Positions 47,005-56,569 of a DNA stretch of 64,000 nt are shown one piece after another. The stretch covers positions 33,090 to 97,089 of IMG/VR virus record IMGVR_UViG_3300028534_000003; one strand, given 5' to 3'. Every line of letters begins with the position of its first letter. Position 1 is the stretch's first letter. This DNA is from a virus. Taxonomy: Duplodnaviria; Heunggongvirae; Uroviricota; Caudoviricetes. Below the pieces are notes generated by a model. The model was given only the letters and a program-made list of their open reading frames with translations. It had not been told where the DNA came from and searched no databases. The position numbers were made by a program, and so were the translations under genes.

Positions 47005-47293
47005 TGGAATAAATAGCCTCAGCTACTCCAATTCTGTCTAAATTATCAGTAATAGGACAAGTACAATGAGGTAACTGAATCCAGTATTTGTGATAGCTAG
47101 AATCACGAGGAAAGTTCCAGTTATCCTGTAACTGATACTCAAGCTCAGTAAGTTCAGCAGCTAACTCAGGTGTTGGAGTTAATTTGGCTCGAGCGAATAA
47201 TGATTCAATATCAGAATAAAGATTATGAAGATTCTCTTGTTGTTGTGGAGTTACTTGTTGTTGAATTAGCAAATGTGGGTTAAGTAATGTCAT
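46964..47293 (-). CDS. Hypothetical protein
   Basis: 109-aa ORF. Confidence 0.3.
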   Translation of the reverse strand: MTLLNPHLLIQQQVTPQQQENLHNLYSDIESLFARAKLTPTPELAAELTELEYQLQDNWNFPRDSSYHKYWIQLPHCTCPITDNLDRIGVAEAIYSNDCPYHGGFADEA

Positions 47294-47301
47294 AATTGTT
47301 C

Positions 47302-49521
47302 CTAAAAAATGATTCGTTGTAGTTCCTCAATATTGGTTAATACATTGATCGAATAATCGGAAGTAGTACCAATAGTAATATCAGCTTCATCAGGTGATGT
47401 AGTGATAGATGACTTAGGAATAGTTAAGGCTAATACTGATGCTAAGCTAGTATGCTGATTACGGTTGTTAATAGCTTCTAGGTTAGATTGTAATAACGAG
47501 TTAGCATTATCATAATTAGTTGATGGTGTATTAATACTTAATGATGTCATAGTACGATCAACTAGATCAATATAGAACGGTAGATAATTCTTAGATGTAG
47601 CTGGTAATGATACAGCATAGTCTTGTTTGGCAAGATCAATAGTTATAGTGCTACTAGGTTTAATTCGTTGTGCAGGTGTAATAACAGATAAGAAGATATG
47701 AGTATCATATTTATCAAAAGTTTTACCCCTATACATATTGACCATATTAAATAATGAAGTAAATCCAGCATCTACTGCTTTATCAATATCGATATCGATG
47801 AATTCAGCTGAATAGATATCAGTATCACAAGAAGTAATATCACCAGATGATACAGCTATTAGTTGGCTATTATGACGAAGTTCAGGCGAACCATAGTAGC
47901 AATTAGCTAACTCAGGTCCAGACATCTTAGGTCGAATGAAGATTGATGATAAATCAATATCACATGAACCATGTCCGATGTCCTTCCAACAGATACCAAG
48001 ACGAATAATTGATCCGTCAGGTAATGGTAAGGTTGAGTTAGGTGGAATAAATCCACCACTAAGAGCTATTTCATCAGAATTAGCTCCAGAGTACTGAACA
48101 GCAATTGATTGAAGTTCAGGAGCTATGTAGACTTTGCCAAGGTTATGGTTGGCAGATTGTTTAGTCTGCATAATATAACGAGATACTGTGCTAATCACAC
48201 TGCTAACTAAAGCTGTATCAAATGCTGGTATCGGAGTAATATAGTGAATTAATTGCCCACGTACTTCACGACTGTGGATAGGTTCATAGTGAACTGGGTT
48301 ATGAAGTTCCTCTAGTAGTTGAATAGCAGTTTTAATTGCAGGTTTAGCTGATGCTAGAATTGTCGGTAATTGATTACGAAGCTGATCAGATGCATCAGAT
48401 TGAACTACAGCTGGTTTAGTATCAGAAGTAGTTGCTATTGAAGTTCCAGTAGTGTACTTACAATACATGATGATGTTACGAAGCAATAATCCAGGTTTCT
48501 CTGTTAAGATTTCAAATGCAAGTGAATAATCATAAGATTGTAATGCACGTTGATAACGAGAGTTAAATGTCCATGAACGATCAGTTGAATAAAGTATAGT
48601 TAAAATCAGCTTAGTTACAGGATAACGATGGTTAAATTTAGCAGATGAGCACCAATGTGAGTGATGGAATAATCGCTTCCAGAATTGTTCATATACTAAT
48701 AGTTGCTCAGTTATTGGTCTTACACTCTGATTGTTAAACCAGTTAAGAATGAACTTCTTCATACGAGTTGGTAAATGGAATTGGACTGATTTCAACATGT
48801 CACTAGTTATTTGGCCATTGAAATCGATGTCATGTGGTTTGGTTCCAACTGATAAGATAAATCGTAATAGCTCATCAATTGACGAGATTGTTGGTAAGAT
48901 ACCTTGCTTATACTGCGATAATTGAACTAATGATTTAGTAGACTTTACATAGTAAGTTGGGTTGAGACTAGACAACTCATGCCAATCAGCAGATTGAATG
49001 ATCTTCTCTTGATTAAGTCGAAGTGGTGCTTTAGATTCAAGTAATGATAGCATATAGGCTTCATAGGCTGGTCTGTCAAATAAAGTAATATGCTTAGTAG
49101 TTGATTTATCATAGGCTGGGATTAATGGTGCTGTATCGAGTTTATACTGCGATAGAATCGCTGCTGGAGATAAGTTAGTTACTGATTCAAAAGTTGATTC
49201 CCAATCATATGTGATAGAATATTGAGCAAAGATAGCTAAGTAATCATCATAAGTATATGATTCAAGATCAAGCTGAGAACCGAATGAATTACGAAATACA
49301 GTAGCTTGTTTAGTGGTTGACGAAATACAGTTCAAGATTGAGTTAGAAGCTGATGTATAGTCAGCTTGTAGTAGTACCTCAGGATTGGTGATGATATATC
49401 CACTGTGGGCTAATTTAACAAGTAGTTCAATCTTAGCTGGGATATCCTCGGGTGAAGTTGGTAGAATTGGAATTGAACTAGTTAGTCCATAGATTAGTGA
49501 TTTATGAGTATATTGACTCAT
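47302..49521 (-). CDS. Large hypothetical protein (739 aa)
   Basis: Long ORF with a C-terminal Cys/His and acidic-repeat region (GICWKDIGHGSCDIDLSS...DIDIDK). Confidence 0.5.
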   Translation of the reverse strand: MSQYTHKSLIYGLTSSIPILPTSPEDIPAKIELLVKLAHSGYIITNPEVLLQADYTSASNSILNCISSTTKQATVFRNSFGSQLDLESYTYDDYLAIFAQYSITYDWESTFESVTNLSPAAILSQYKLDTAPLIPAYDKSTTKHITLFDRPAYEAYMLSLLESKAPLRLNQEKIIQSADWHELSSLNPTYYVKSTKSLVQLSQYKQGILPTISSIDELLRFILSVGTKPHDIDFNGQITSDMLKSVQFHLPTRMKKFILNWFNNQSVRPITEQLLVYEQFWKRLFHHSHWCSSAKFNHRYPVTKLILTILYSTDRSWTFNSRYQRALQSYDYSLAFEILTEKPGLLLRNIIMYCKYTTGTSIATTSDTKPAVVQSDASDQLRNQLPTILASAKPAIKTAIQLLEELHNPVHYEPIHSREVRGQLIHYITPIPAFDTALVSSVISTVSRYIMQTKQSANHNLGKVYIAPELQSIAVQYSGANSDEIALSGGFIPPNSTLPLPDGSIIRLGICWKDIGHGSCDIDLSSIFIRPKMSGPELANCYYGSPELRHNSQLIAVSSGDITSCDTDIYSAEFIDIDIDKAVDAGFTSLFNMVNMYRGKTFDKYDTHIFLSVITPAQRIKPSSTITIDLAKQDYAVSLPATSKNYLPFYIDLVDRTMTSLSINTPSTNYDNANSLLQSNLEAINNRNQHTSLASVLALTIPKSSITTSPDEADITIGTTSDYSINVLTNIEELQRIIF

Positions 49522-49720
49522 TGTAGATCCTTTATGGTGAGTTATTCACTTACTGCTGACAAGTGTGTGATAACAGTAGTTTATTAAATCCGATATTGTT
49601 AGTAACTGATATCAGGACTTGTCAATAGTAAATGAATAATCCAAGTATGTCTAAAGTGTAGTTATGTCAAATTAAAAGTTTGGTAAGTAACACAATAGAG
49701 GACTTGGATGGTATGTGTTT

Positions 49721-49876
49721 CCACATAGTACTACATAAGTGTGCGTAAGTAGTAAAATAACGTGCTCTACCACTGAGCTACTACTCCACTAATGTCGGAG
49801 TAGGCTGGATTTGAACCAGCGACCACGTGCTCCAAATGCAAGTAACTAATTACAGGACTTATGCAGTACTATGTGG
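49721..49876 (-). ncRNA. Circularly permuted tRNA-like element flanked by a 20-bp inverted repeat
   Basis: The minus strand reads ...GTGGTC-GCTGG-TTCAAAT-CCAGC-CTACTCC-G-(ACATTAGT)-GGAGTAG-TA-GCTC-AGTGGTA-GAGC-A.... The flanks are CCACATAGTACTGCATAAGT and ACTTATGTAGTACTATGTGG. Confidence 0.4.
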
Positions 49877-49958
49877 AATATGCGGAGCTAAGCGCTCCGA
49901 CTGATTAGGTGAATAAGTTACCGTCCCATCTAAGGTAATTCAAGGCATACTTGAGTAA

Positions 49959-51071
49959 CTATCTACCATAATAAACTGAGTTGTTCACATAGTATCGAAC
50001 CTTAATAATAGATCCATTTCTATGCTCAGCTACAATATAGTGTTCGTCTTTAGTAATTATACTATCTTTATAAAATGTATAGTGTCTAACATCACGTCTA
50101 AAGGCTATAGTTGAATCAGGGTCAGGAGTATCATCATCCTCAGGAATAGGTACAGAAATACTAAATGATTTCTCATAAGGATCCTGAAGGTCGTTAAGCT
50201 GTAATTGTGTATTCAACGGTAGCTTAGATGCTAATGGTCCAGTCACTTCTTCAATGATACAAGTATAAGTTTCATCTGCTATAGGTATATTCATAATACC
50301 AAATAATTCCTCAATAGATAATTTAGGGTAGCGTTTGTGCTCAGTAATGATTTCTTTTAAGATATCAATACTGAACATTTGTTGTTTGCCTGCATACTTA
50401 ATTATCTGTTTACGGATAGATTTCTTAATCTTATGTTCTTTCAATATCTCAGAAGTTACTATAGGCTCAAGTGTTTTAAATTTAATACTATATAATATTC
50501 TACTAGGTCTATCAATTAAATAGCTATTGACTTCGTGTATACTATTATCAGTTAAGATAGTTAAACGTTTACCAGGTACTGTTCCATCTAATAGGTGAAG
50601 TAATGGCTCTTGGTTGGCTCCAGATGGTCTTTCATAATTATCAACATTAGAGTCCATAATCTTAACAAACTCATCGATTAACAGCACATGTGGAGGTAAT
50701 AATTCAAGGAATTGATAGATTGAATTATCAAATGAATTACGAATTACTACTACTGGATAGTTGTTGTCGATAGCAAGGTTACAGATCGAATTAGCTAATG
50801 CTGTTTTACCAGAGCCCTTCAATCCAGTGAATAGTGCACCAATAGATTTGTTAGACTGTTCAAATGTGTTGAATATACGATGCTTACGAGATGTAATTGA
50901 ACCATACTCACGAGCCGGTGCATCAAGTTTATCGCCAAGTTTGGTTAAGTAATAACCAGATGGAGATTGTTCTACAAGATACACAGCTGGTGGTAATGAT
51001 TCTTTTAATAGGTTCTCATCAAGTTTGAGTACTGTAACAGTATCCTTATCAATGATGTATTTAGTTTCCAT
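49959..51071 (-). CDS. P-loop ATPase (DnaC/IstB-like or another AAA family)
   Basis: Walker A (GLKGSGKTALA) and Walker B (VLLIDEF). Confidence 0.45.
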   Translation of the reverse strand: METKYIIDKDTVTVLKLDENLLKESLPPAVYLVEQSPSGYYLTKLGDKLDAPAREYGSITSRKHRIFNTFEQSNKSIGALFTGLKGSGKTALANSICNLAIDNNYPVVVIRNSFDNSIYQFLELLPPHVLLIDEFVKIMDSNVDNYERPSGANQEPLLHLLDGTVPGKRLTILTDNSIHEVNSYLIDRPSRILYSIKFKTLEPIVTSEILKEHKIKKSIRKQIIKYAGKQQMFSIDILKEIITEHKRYPKLSIEELFGIMNIPIADETYTCIIEEVTGPLASKLPLNTQLQLNDLQDPYEKSFSISVPIPEDDDTPDPDSTIAFRRDVRHYTFYKDSIITKDEHYIVAEHRNGSIIKVRYYVNNSVYYGR

Positions 51072-51073
51072 TG

Positions 51074-51916
51074 CTATGCTTTAGTTGAATTAACTGGAAT
51101 ATCTAATGTATGTACTTTAGATGCTTTGTAAGTAACTACTGTATATCCAAGTAAGTCTTTAGCTTTAGTTTTAAGCATATTGATTGCGTCTGCGTTAGAT
51201 TCAAGTGCAACAGCTTTTACAAGTGTTCCTTCTTCATCAAATACATGCCCAACAAATGCTGGTTTGTTACATAAATCAGTAGTACATTTCTCTCCAAATA
51301 GCTCTGCTAAGATCTCTTGTAGAGTCATTTCTGCTAATGTTTTAGTTGTTTCTTTCATAATTGTTTCCTTTGTTGTTAAGTTTGGTTGATCAAGTTGATC
51401 GTCATGCGCTATAGTAGTTGTAGAAGGTATTGAAGGTTTATCTGTATGTAAGGCTAGATATTGTCCCCACTTAACAGATAATGCTGACCATTTAATAGCG
51501 TCATGCCATTGAAAGCTATTTAATATGAGATAAGCTGTGCCTCTAAATACACTATCAGTATAAAAAGACTTATTAAATGAATTAAGATACTCTTCTACTA
51601 TATCTTCTACTATTAAGAAGTTATAGAATAGGTACATATCACGATGGCTTATGTGTTCATTAAGGCTGCTAAATACAGTGTATAAATTGTGCCACTTCTC
51701 ATCTATGTCTATCCATGGACTAGAACTATTGGCCCATGCAAAATTACTACTAATGGCAGTATCATCTAAAGCTATTGATAGTATATGGCTATCTATTAAA
51801 TCCCAGAACGATGTAGCATCATGTTGTTTTAGAAATACTTCAAATAGATTCAATGGGATAGTAGCACATTCAACTTGAATTGATCTAGAGTGATCTATTT
51901 GCTTAGTTTCAATCAT
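51074..51916 (-). CDS. Hypothetical protein (280 aa)
   Basis: ORF. Confidence 0.4.
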   Translation of the reverse strand: MIETKQIDHSRSIQVECATIPLNLFEVFLKQHDATSFWDLIDSHILSIALDDTAISSNFAWANSSSPWIDIDEKWHNLYTVFSSLNEHISHRDMYLFYNFLIVEDIVEEYLNSFNKSFYTDSVFRGTAYLILNSFQWHDAIKWSALSVKWGQYLALHTDKPSIPSTTTIAHDDQLDQPNLTTKETIMKETTKTLAEMTLQEILAELFGEKCTTDLCNKPAFVGHVFDEEGTLVKAVALESNADAINMLKTKAKDLLGYTVVTYKASKVHTLDIPVNSTKA

Positions 51917-52164
51917 TATTGTTCCTTTAATTTGAGTGTACCAATTACATCACCACATTTGCTGAGGATTTGACATTCTCCAGTTGAATGGAGTAAGTCA
52001 AGGTGTGATTGAGTTATGACTAAGTCAACTTGCATAGGTTCAGTAATTGAGTCCACTACAGTATCATAAGTATCAGCTACTGTGTCAATAGCTGATGTAG
52101 CTGTTGATGATATAGTTGAAGCGGTTTGTTTCGCTTTATGTTTAAGTTTGTTGATTAATGACAT
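51916..52164 (-). CDS. Hypothetical protein
   Basis: 82-aa ORF. Confidence 0.3.
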   Translation of the reverse strand: MSLINKLKHKAKQTASTISSTATSAIDTVADTYDTVVDSITEPMQVDLVITQSHLDLLHSTGECQILSKCGDVIGTLKLKEQ

Positions 52165-52492
52165 GTGTTTCCTTTATTTTATTGGTTTGGCAAATACTCG
52201 ATAGTATGTAGATACTTCATCGATATACTTCTTAGATAACTTATCCCATTCATCATCTAACCAAAATGATTCAGATAGTCCATAAGTAGGCTTACCTTTC
52301 TTAATTCGCTTAAGAGCTTTCTTAAGAGTTATTCGTTTTAATTTCATGATAGTTCTTTATTTGAGGGATACTATAATAAGGACTGCTGTGATAAGTACTA
52401 CTATATAAGTGCAGATTTGTAGTGCTAGTGATTCGGTTTGATATGTAGTTAAGGTTGAGGGATCTAACGATGTTAGATTTGAAATAAGCCAA

Positions 52493-52711
52493 TTATTCAT
52501 TATTGTCTCCTTTTCTTTTAATTACAATATCATGCCCATAAGTAGCTATAACTGTTATATTAAATAAGGGTACGAAAGCTACTATTGGTAATAGTATGCA
52601 GTCAGATAATGTAATTATCTTAGCTTGTCTAAGATAAGTATACACTACATATACAGCTCCTATAGTAAATAATATATGAGCTATGGTAAGAATTAGTTCT
52701 AAAGTATTCAT
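52493..52711 (-). CDS. Small membrane protein
   Basis: 72 aa with 2 hydrophobic helices. Confidence 0.35.
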   Translation of the reverse strand: MNTLELILTIAHILFTIGAVYVVYTYLRQAKIITLSDCILLPIVAFVPLFNITVIATYGHDIVIKRKGDNNE

Positions 52712-52713
52712 AA

Positions 52714-53607
52714 TTAGAATAAGTTAGACTTATTAAGTGTTAATACTCTAAGTATTCTATTCTTTTGCTTCTTAGACATCTTAGATTTATCTACAATGAT
52801 TGCTACATGAGTTTCAAATGTTTCTGCTTCAGTGTCAAAGAATCCCTTAGCTACTGTTGTATCTACAAATCTATAGATAGGCTTAGCTCCATCACCGAAG
52901 TCGATTGAATCATTCAAGTCAGAGTCATCAAAGTCTACATACTCAATACCATCAGTAGCTTGAACATCTTTTGCAAGTTGGTCAGATGATGGGTTAAGGT
53001 GAGCTGTTTTGATAATAGCATCTACTCTGCCAGCAGCTAAATCAGATAATGCTGAGATGTCGATGTCACCATAGACTGTAGTTGCTAATTTGTAATCAGG
53101 TTCAAGTGATTGGATTAATTGCCAAGAAGCAGCTCCACCACTGTTTGCAAGTCCAACTAATACCTTGGCACCTTTTTCTTGGATATCATCCTCTGACATA
53201 CCTTTACGCATGATTAATTGTACATTCTCAGTACGTTCTAAAGTGATAATTGCTTTGTTGTCGAAGAATGCTTTGTCTTGCCCTCTAAGAAAAGCTAAGT
53301 AGTCCTCTTGAACAAATGCTACATTACAAATACCATCAGCCACTAGTTGTAGATTCTGTTTAGTTCCATCAGTTGTTTCAGCTACTGCTGTGTTATGTGA
53401 TGTGCCTCTTTCTTGTCCAAGTAATGACACTAATCGTTTACCAGCTTGGTAGTACGAACCAGTTTCGGATGCCGTACAAATTACATACTGATACTTCTGT
53501 TGGTCAGAACCAGTTAAGTATTGATCAGGTTGAGAGGAATTAGTTCCAAATCCTCCAGCGAATACTGTTAGCGATAAAGCTGCTAAAGCTATGATTGTTT
53601 TCTTCAT
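52714..53607 (-). CDS. Periplasmic solute-binding protein, TAXI-family-like (TRAP-associated) / PhnD-like fold
   Basis: Signal peptide (MKKTIIALAALSLTVFAGG), then ICTASETGSYYQAGKRL (TAXI TGG..G.YY..G motif) and NVAFVQEDY. Confidence 0.45.
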   Translation of the reverse strand: MKKTIIALAALSLTVFAGGFGTNSSQPDQYLTGSDQQKYQYVICTASETGSYYQAGKRLVSLLGQERGTSHNTAVAETTDGTKQNLQLVADGICNVAFVQEDYLAFLRGQDKAFFDNKAIITLERTENVQLIMRKGMSEDDIQEKGAKVLVGLANSGGAASWQLIQSLEPDYKLATTVYGDIDISALSDLAAGRVDAIIKTAHLNPSSDQLAKDVQATDGIEYVDFDDSDLNDSIDFGDGAKPIYRFVDTTVAKGFFDTEAETFETHVAIIVDKSKMSKKQKNRILRVLTLNKSNLF

Positions 53608-53686
53608 GTTTATTCCTTTGCTGTTTTATGATATTGTTATTTTCTGTTTATATCTGCAATTGTTGTATTAAATTTCATAGATACCC

Positions 53687-54040
53687 CTAACTACATTGTT
53701 CAAATAAGTTACACTTAGGTGCATACTTATATCTATGATAGGTAATTATTATAGCTTCTATTACAAAGCCAATGAGCATTAAGACACCCATAATAACCAT
53801 AGGCCAGGCTATTCCATAGACTAGGCCAGCGTCTATTAGGTCTACAGGACATAAGCCTGTTAGATCTCCATAGTACCATATTGTAATTTGCTGAGCAACT
53901 ATCCCTACTAGGATTAAGTAAATTCCTATAGGTACCAGTAATAAAATTGGCATAATGGTTATATTAAATAAAAATGTTTTTAATTTCTTATTAGCGCATT
54001 GTGTCATACAATACTGCTTATTATTCCATGTTAGTTTCAT
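53687..54040 (-). CDS. Membrane protein
   Basis: 117 aa with multiple transmembrane helices. Confidence 0.4.
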   Translation of the reverse strand: MKLTWNNKQYCMTQCANKKLKTFLFNITIMPILLLVPIGIYLILVGIVAQQITIWYYGDLTGLCPVDLIDAGLVYGIAWPMVIMGVLMLIGFVIEAIIITYHRYKYAPKCNLFEQCS

Positions 54041-54303
54041 TTATTCCTCTTTACTGTTATTGTTTCTTTATACCTTAATGATGGTATGATAGTTACATTA
54101 CCATTATTGTAGTAGATAGCTACTTCGTTTGTATACCTTGTTACACTCTTTACATTGTGTTGAGGTACGTCATCTATATAGTAAGTATGTTGCTTATTAG
54201 TTGTGGGATTAAATAATAGATAAAGTATTACGCCAGTACTTATAATAAGTGCAAATATCGTAATTGCAATGGATGTTATCTGTTCAAGTGTATCTTCTGT
54301 CAT
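54037..54303 (-). CDS. Membrane protein
   Basis: 88 aa with an N-terminal transmembrane helix. Confidence 0.35.
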   Translation of the reverse strand: MTEDTLEQITSIAITIFALIISTGVILYLLFNPTTNKQHTYYIDDVPQHNVKSVTRYTNEVAIYYNNGNVTIIPSLRYKETITVKRNK

Positions 54304-54695
54304 TATTTATCCTTCAGCTTAGCTGTTGCTTTATCTAAAGCTAAATCTAATATCTCATCTAATTTATCAAGTTTAGTTACTGTAGTGTCAGACTTGACTA
54401 CATTCATTACAGCAGGAGTTGCCACAAGTAAGAGAAATCCTTTACGATTAGGTATCAAATTAGATATTAATATAAATACTAATAAAGTCACCATTGCAAC
54501 AAAAGTTGACTTATAATGATTAAGAAATAAAGATTTTTCTGTATCATACCATCCTTTATGTCCATCGAAGATATAGCTCAAGCCTGTGACAATAAGAAAT
54601 CCTAATACAAACAATAGCAAAATTATCCAAACTACTGTCCAACCTCCATCAGGCCATATTGAATATAAGTAAACTATCCATTGTTCATCTGTCAT
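54303..54695 (-). CDS. Membrane protein
   Basis: 130 aa with transmembrane helices. Confidence 0.4.
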   Translation of the reverse strand: MTDEQWIVYLYSIWPDGGWTVVWIILLLFVLGFLIVTGLSYIFDGHKGWYDTEKSLFLNHYKSTFVAMVTLLVFILISNLIPNRKGFLLLVATPAVMNVVKSDTTVTKLDKLDEILDLALDKATAKLKDK

Positions 54696-54698
54696 TAT

Positions 54699-55214
54699 TT
54701 ATCCTTTTACGTATGTAGGTAGTTCACCAATAAATGGCTCACATTTACCCCAGTTATATCCATCAGTTTTATATAGTCCTGTATTAGTTAAATCAATATA
54801 CTTTTCTAGTACTAATGCACTATCATCTACATCATCCCAAAACCAACACCATTCATCAGGTTGAGGTTCCCATAGTTTAATAGATGATATATCTACTAAT
54901 ACAGCCCCTTTTGTTACTGGATTTGCATAAGCTACTTTACCATATAGGTCACCCGAGCTAGGGCCATATACAGTAACAATTTTATAAGGCTTATCCTTAA
55001 TTACTATCCAGTCACCAACTTTAAATTCTGGTTTATCAGGTTTTATCCTGTAGTACTTGGGATCATGTACGAACTTATTAGAAGTATCTAATTTCCATGG
55101 TCTTTTTTCGTCAGACGATGATCCACCAGCGAAGTGGTCAACTTTAGATTCAATTTCCTTACCATCAGCTAATGCTTTACGAAATTCAGCATATTCATCA
55201 TTGATTGCATACAC
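54699..55214 (-). CDS. Hypothetical protein
   Basis: 171-aa ORF. Confidence 0.35.
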   Translation of the reverse strand: MYAINDEYAEFRKALADGKEIESKVDHFAGGSSSDEKRPWKLDTSNKFVHDPKYYRIKPDKPEFKVGDWIVIKDKPYKIVTVYGPSSGDLYGKVAYANPVTKGAVLVDISSIKLWEPQPDEWCWFWDDVDDSALVLEKYIDLTNTGLYKTDGYNWGKCEPFIGELPTYVKG

Positions 55215-55351
55215 TTTATTAATATCCCATTCTGGTTCAAGTAAATAAAACCAGCCTGATGCATCTTTACACCATACACAAGTACCTTCTGGCTGTTCAT
55301 AAAACCATTATATTACTTCTTTATGTTTTTGGTATTGTTCTTTATTCATGC

Positions 55352-55633
55352 TTATCCTTTAATTCTTTCAAATCTAATACATCCGAAGTTATTGGCTACT
55401 ATTGGACCATATCTCATTATATTGTGTGGATCTAACATAGCATCATTATCTAGATTAGTACAACGACTATTCTTATAATAAACACAATTAGCACATATTC
55501 TAGTTTCCATATTATCAAATATTCCAGTAATGATTCGCTTAGCTACATTGATATTAATATGCTTACGCGCATCAGTTGATATAGATGTTATTATGTATTG
55601 TTCAAGTTCAGCTATTGCTGATTCTCTAGTCAT
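55352..55633 (-). CDS. Hypothetical Cys-containing protein
   Basis: 93-aa ORF with CANC..C..C motifs. Confidence 0.3.
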   Translation of the reverse strand: MTRESAIAELEQYIITSISTDARKHININVAKRIITGIFDNMETRICANCVYYKNSRCTNLDNDAMLDPHNIMRYGPIVANNFGCIRFERIKG

Positions 55634-55964
55634 TTGGCACCTCTACTTCTATAGGGTCTCCGAATTTATACCAGCCTTTATAATATTTATCAATATATTT
55701 TTGATTATAATACCATGAAGTTACTTCAGTCAGGTCATTAAAATTTTTAGCTACACGCCATCTCAATTCAATTTTAGGCTCTGGCTCGACTATTTCAAAA
55801 TCTTCTGTAGTTATACTATACCACCTACCTTCCATAGATGCATCACCATGTCTGAATGGATTGTTATATGCTTCACTATAATATAATATATCTCCATTGC
55901 TTGCTTTAAATTTTTCACCTTTCATAACTCTATTTATGAATTCTTCTTTACTTTTAAATTTCAT
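55626..55964 (-). CDS. Hypothetical protein
   Basis: 112-aa ORF. Confidence 0.35.
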   Translation of the reverse strand: MKFKSKEEFINRVMKGEKFKASNGDILYYSEAYNNPFRHGDASMEGRWYSITTEDFEIVEPEPKIELRWRVAKNFNDLTEVTSWYYNQKYIDKYYKGWYKFGDPIEVEVPND

Positions 55965-56007
55965 TGTTTATTCCTTGTTGTTAGTCTATACGGAGACGTA
56001 CTAATTA

Positions 56008-56202
56008 TTATGATTCACTTTGGTCAACTATAATAGCAAGCTCCTGTATGAACATTTCATAATGATTAATTACTTCTCTATTAATACGAGATTCATCACT
56101 ATTGTTAGAATAAACAAGCCTATCAGCTAGTTCGTCTCTCTTGTGCATCATTTTACGTTGAAGTTCAGCTACACGTACCATTGTTATATCTGCTTGTATC
56201 AT
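56008..56202 (-). CDS. Hypothetical coiled-coil protein
   Basis: 64-aa ORF. Confidence 0.3.
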   Translation of the reverse strand: MIQADITMVRVAELQRKMMHKRDELADRLVYSNNSDESRINREVINHYEMFIQELAIIVDQSES

Positions 56203-56210
56203 AGGTATCC

Positions 56211-56495
56211 TTATGCATATGTTATAACTGATGATGGCTTACCATCACATTGTTTGTTGATTCTAACCACAGTTGGATTAGCTTTAAGTTCAGCTACTTT
56301 TCTAGCAAGTAAATCACATCTATGTTCAGCCTTTGCTAGTGATTGTACTAATTCTTCATACGAATTAAGTAGACGATTGTATTTGTCAATGTATTGGGCA
56401 GCTACATCATTAGCATCCGCTAAATTAGTCTTTAGTTGCTGTATATGTCTAATAGTTCTATCTACTTCAGCTACAGTAAATTTAATAGTTTCCAT
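56211..56495 (-). CDS. Hypothetical coiled-coil protein
   Basis: 94-aa ORF with heptad-like repeats. Confidence 0.35.
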   Translation of the reverse strand: METIKFTVAEVDRTIRHIQQLKTNLADANDVAAQYIDKYNRLLNSYEELVQSLAKAEHRCDLLARKVAELKANPTVVRINKQCDGKPSSVITYA

Positions 56496-56569
56496 TGTGG
56501 TTTCCTAAGAATTGGTTAGCTACAATTAACATAATTATACCAGTTAAATTAACAAATAAGATATCCATA

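Noticed and set aside
49741-49860. Two ordinary adjacent tRNA genes at 49.8 kb
   Set aside because: The T-arm half has no 5' acceptor or D-arm upstream. The D-arm half has no anticodon or T-arm downstream. The two halves are exactly complementary in their acceptor strands and are jointly enclosed by a 20-bp inverted repeat.
49721-49876. tmRNA (two-piece ssrA) interpretation of the permuted tRNA-like element
   Set aside because: The loop between the acceptor strands is only 8 nt, and I see no tag-peptide reading frame with a resume codon in the flanks. The permuted tRNA-like description is retained without calling it ssrA.
8984-55248. Short plus-strand ORFs embedded in minus-strand genes (for example 8984..9232, 10266..10496, 11857..12051, 12982..13191, 15551..15814, 19814..20005, 28973..29155, 31553..31825, 36864..37275, 50335..50952, 51180..51878, 55057..55248)
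   Set aside because: Each lies entirely antisense to a longer ORF that has recognisable domains or operon coupling. They have no RBS and no conserved motifs.
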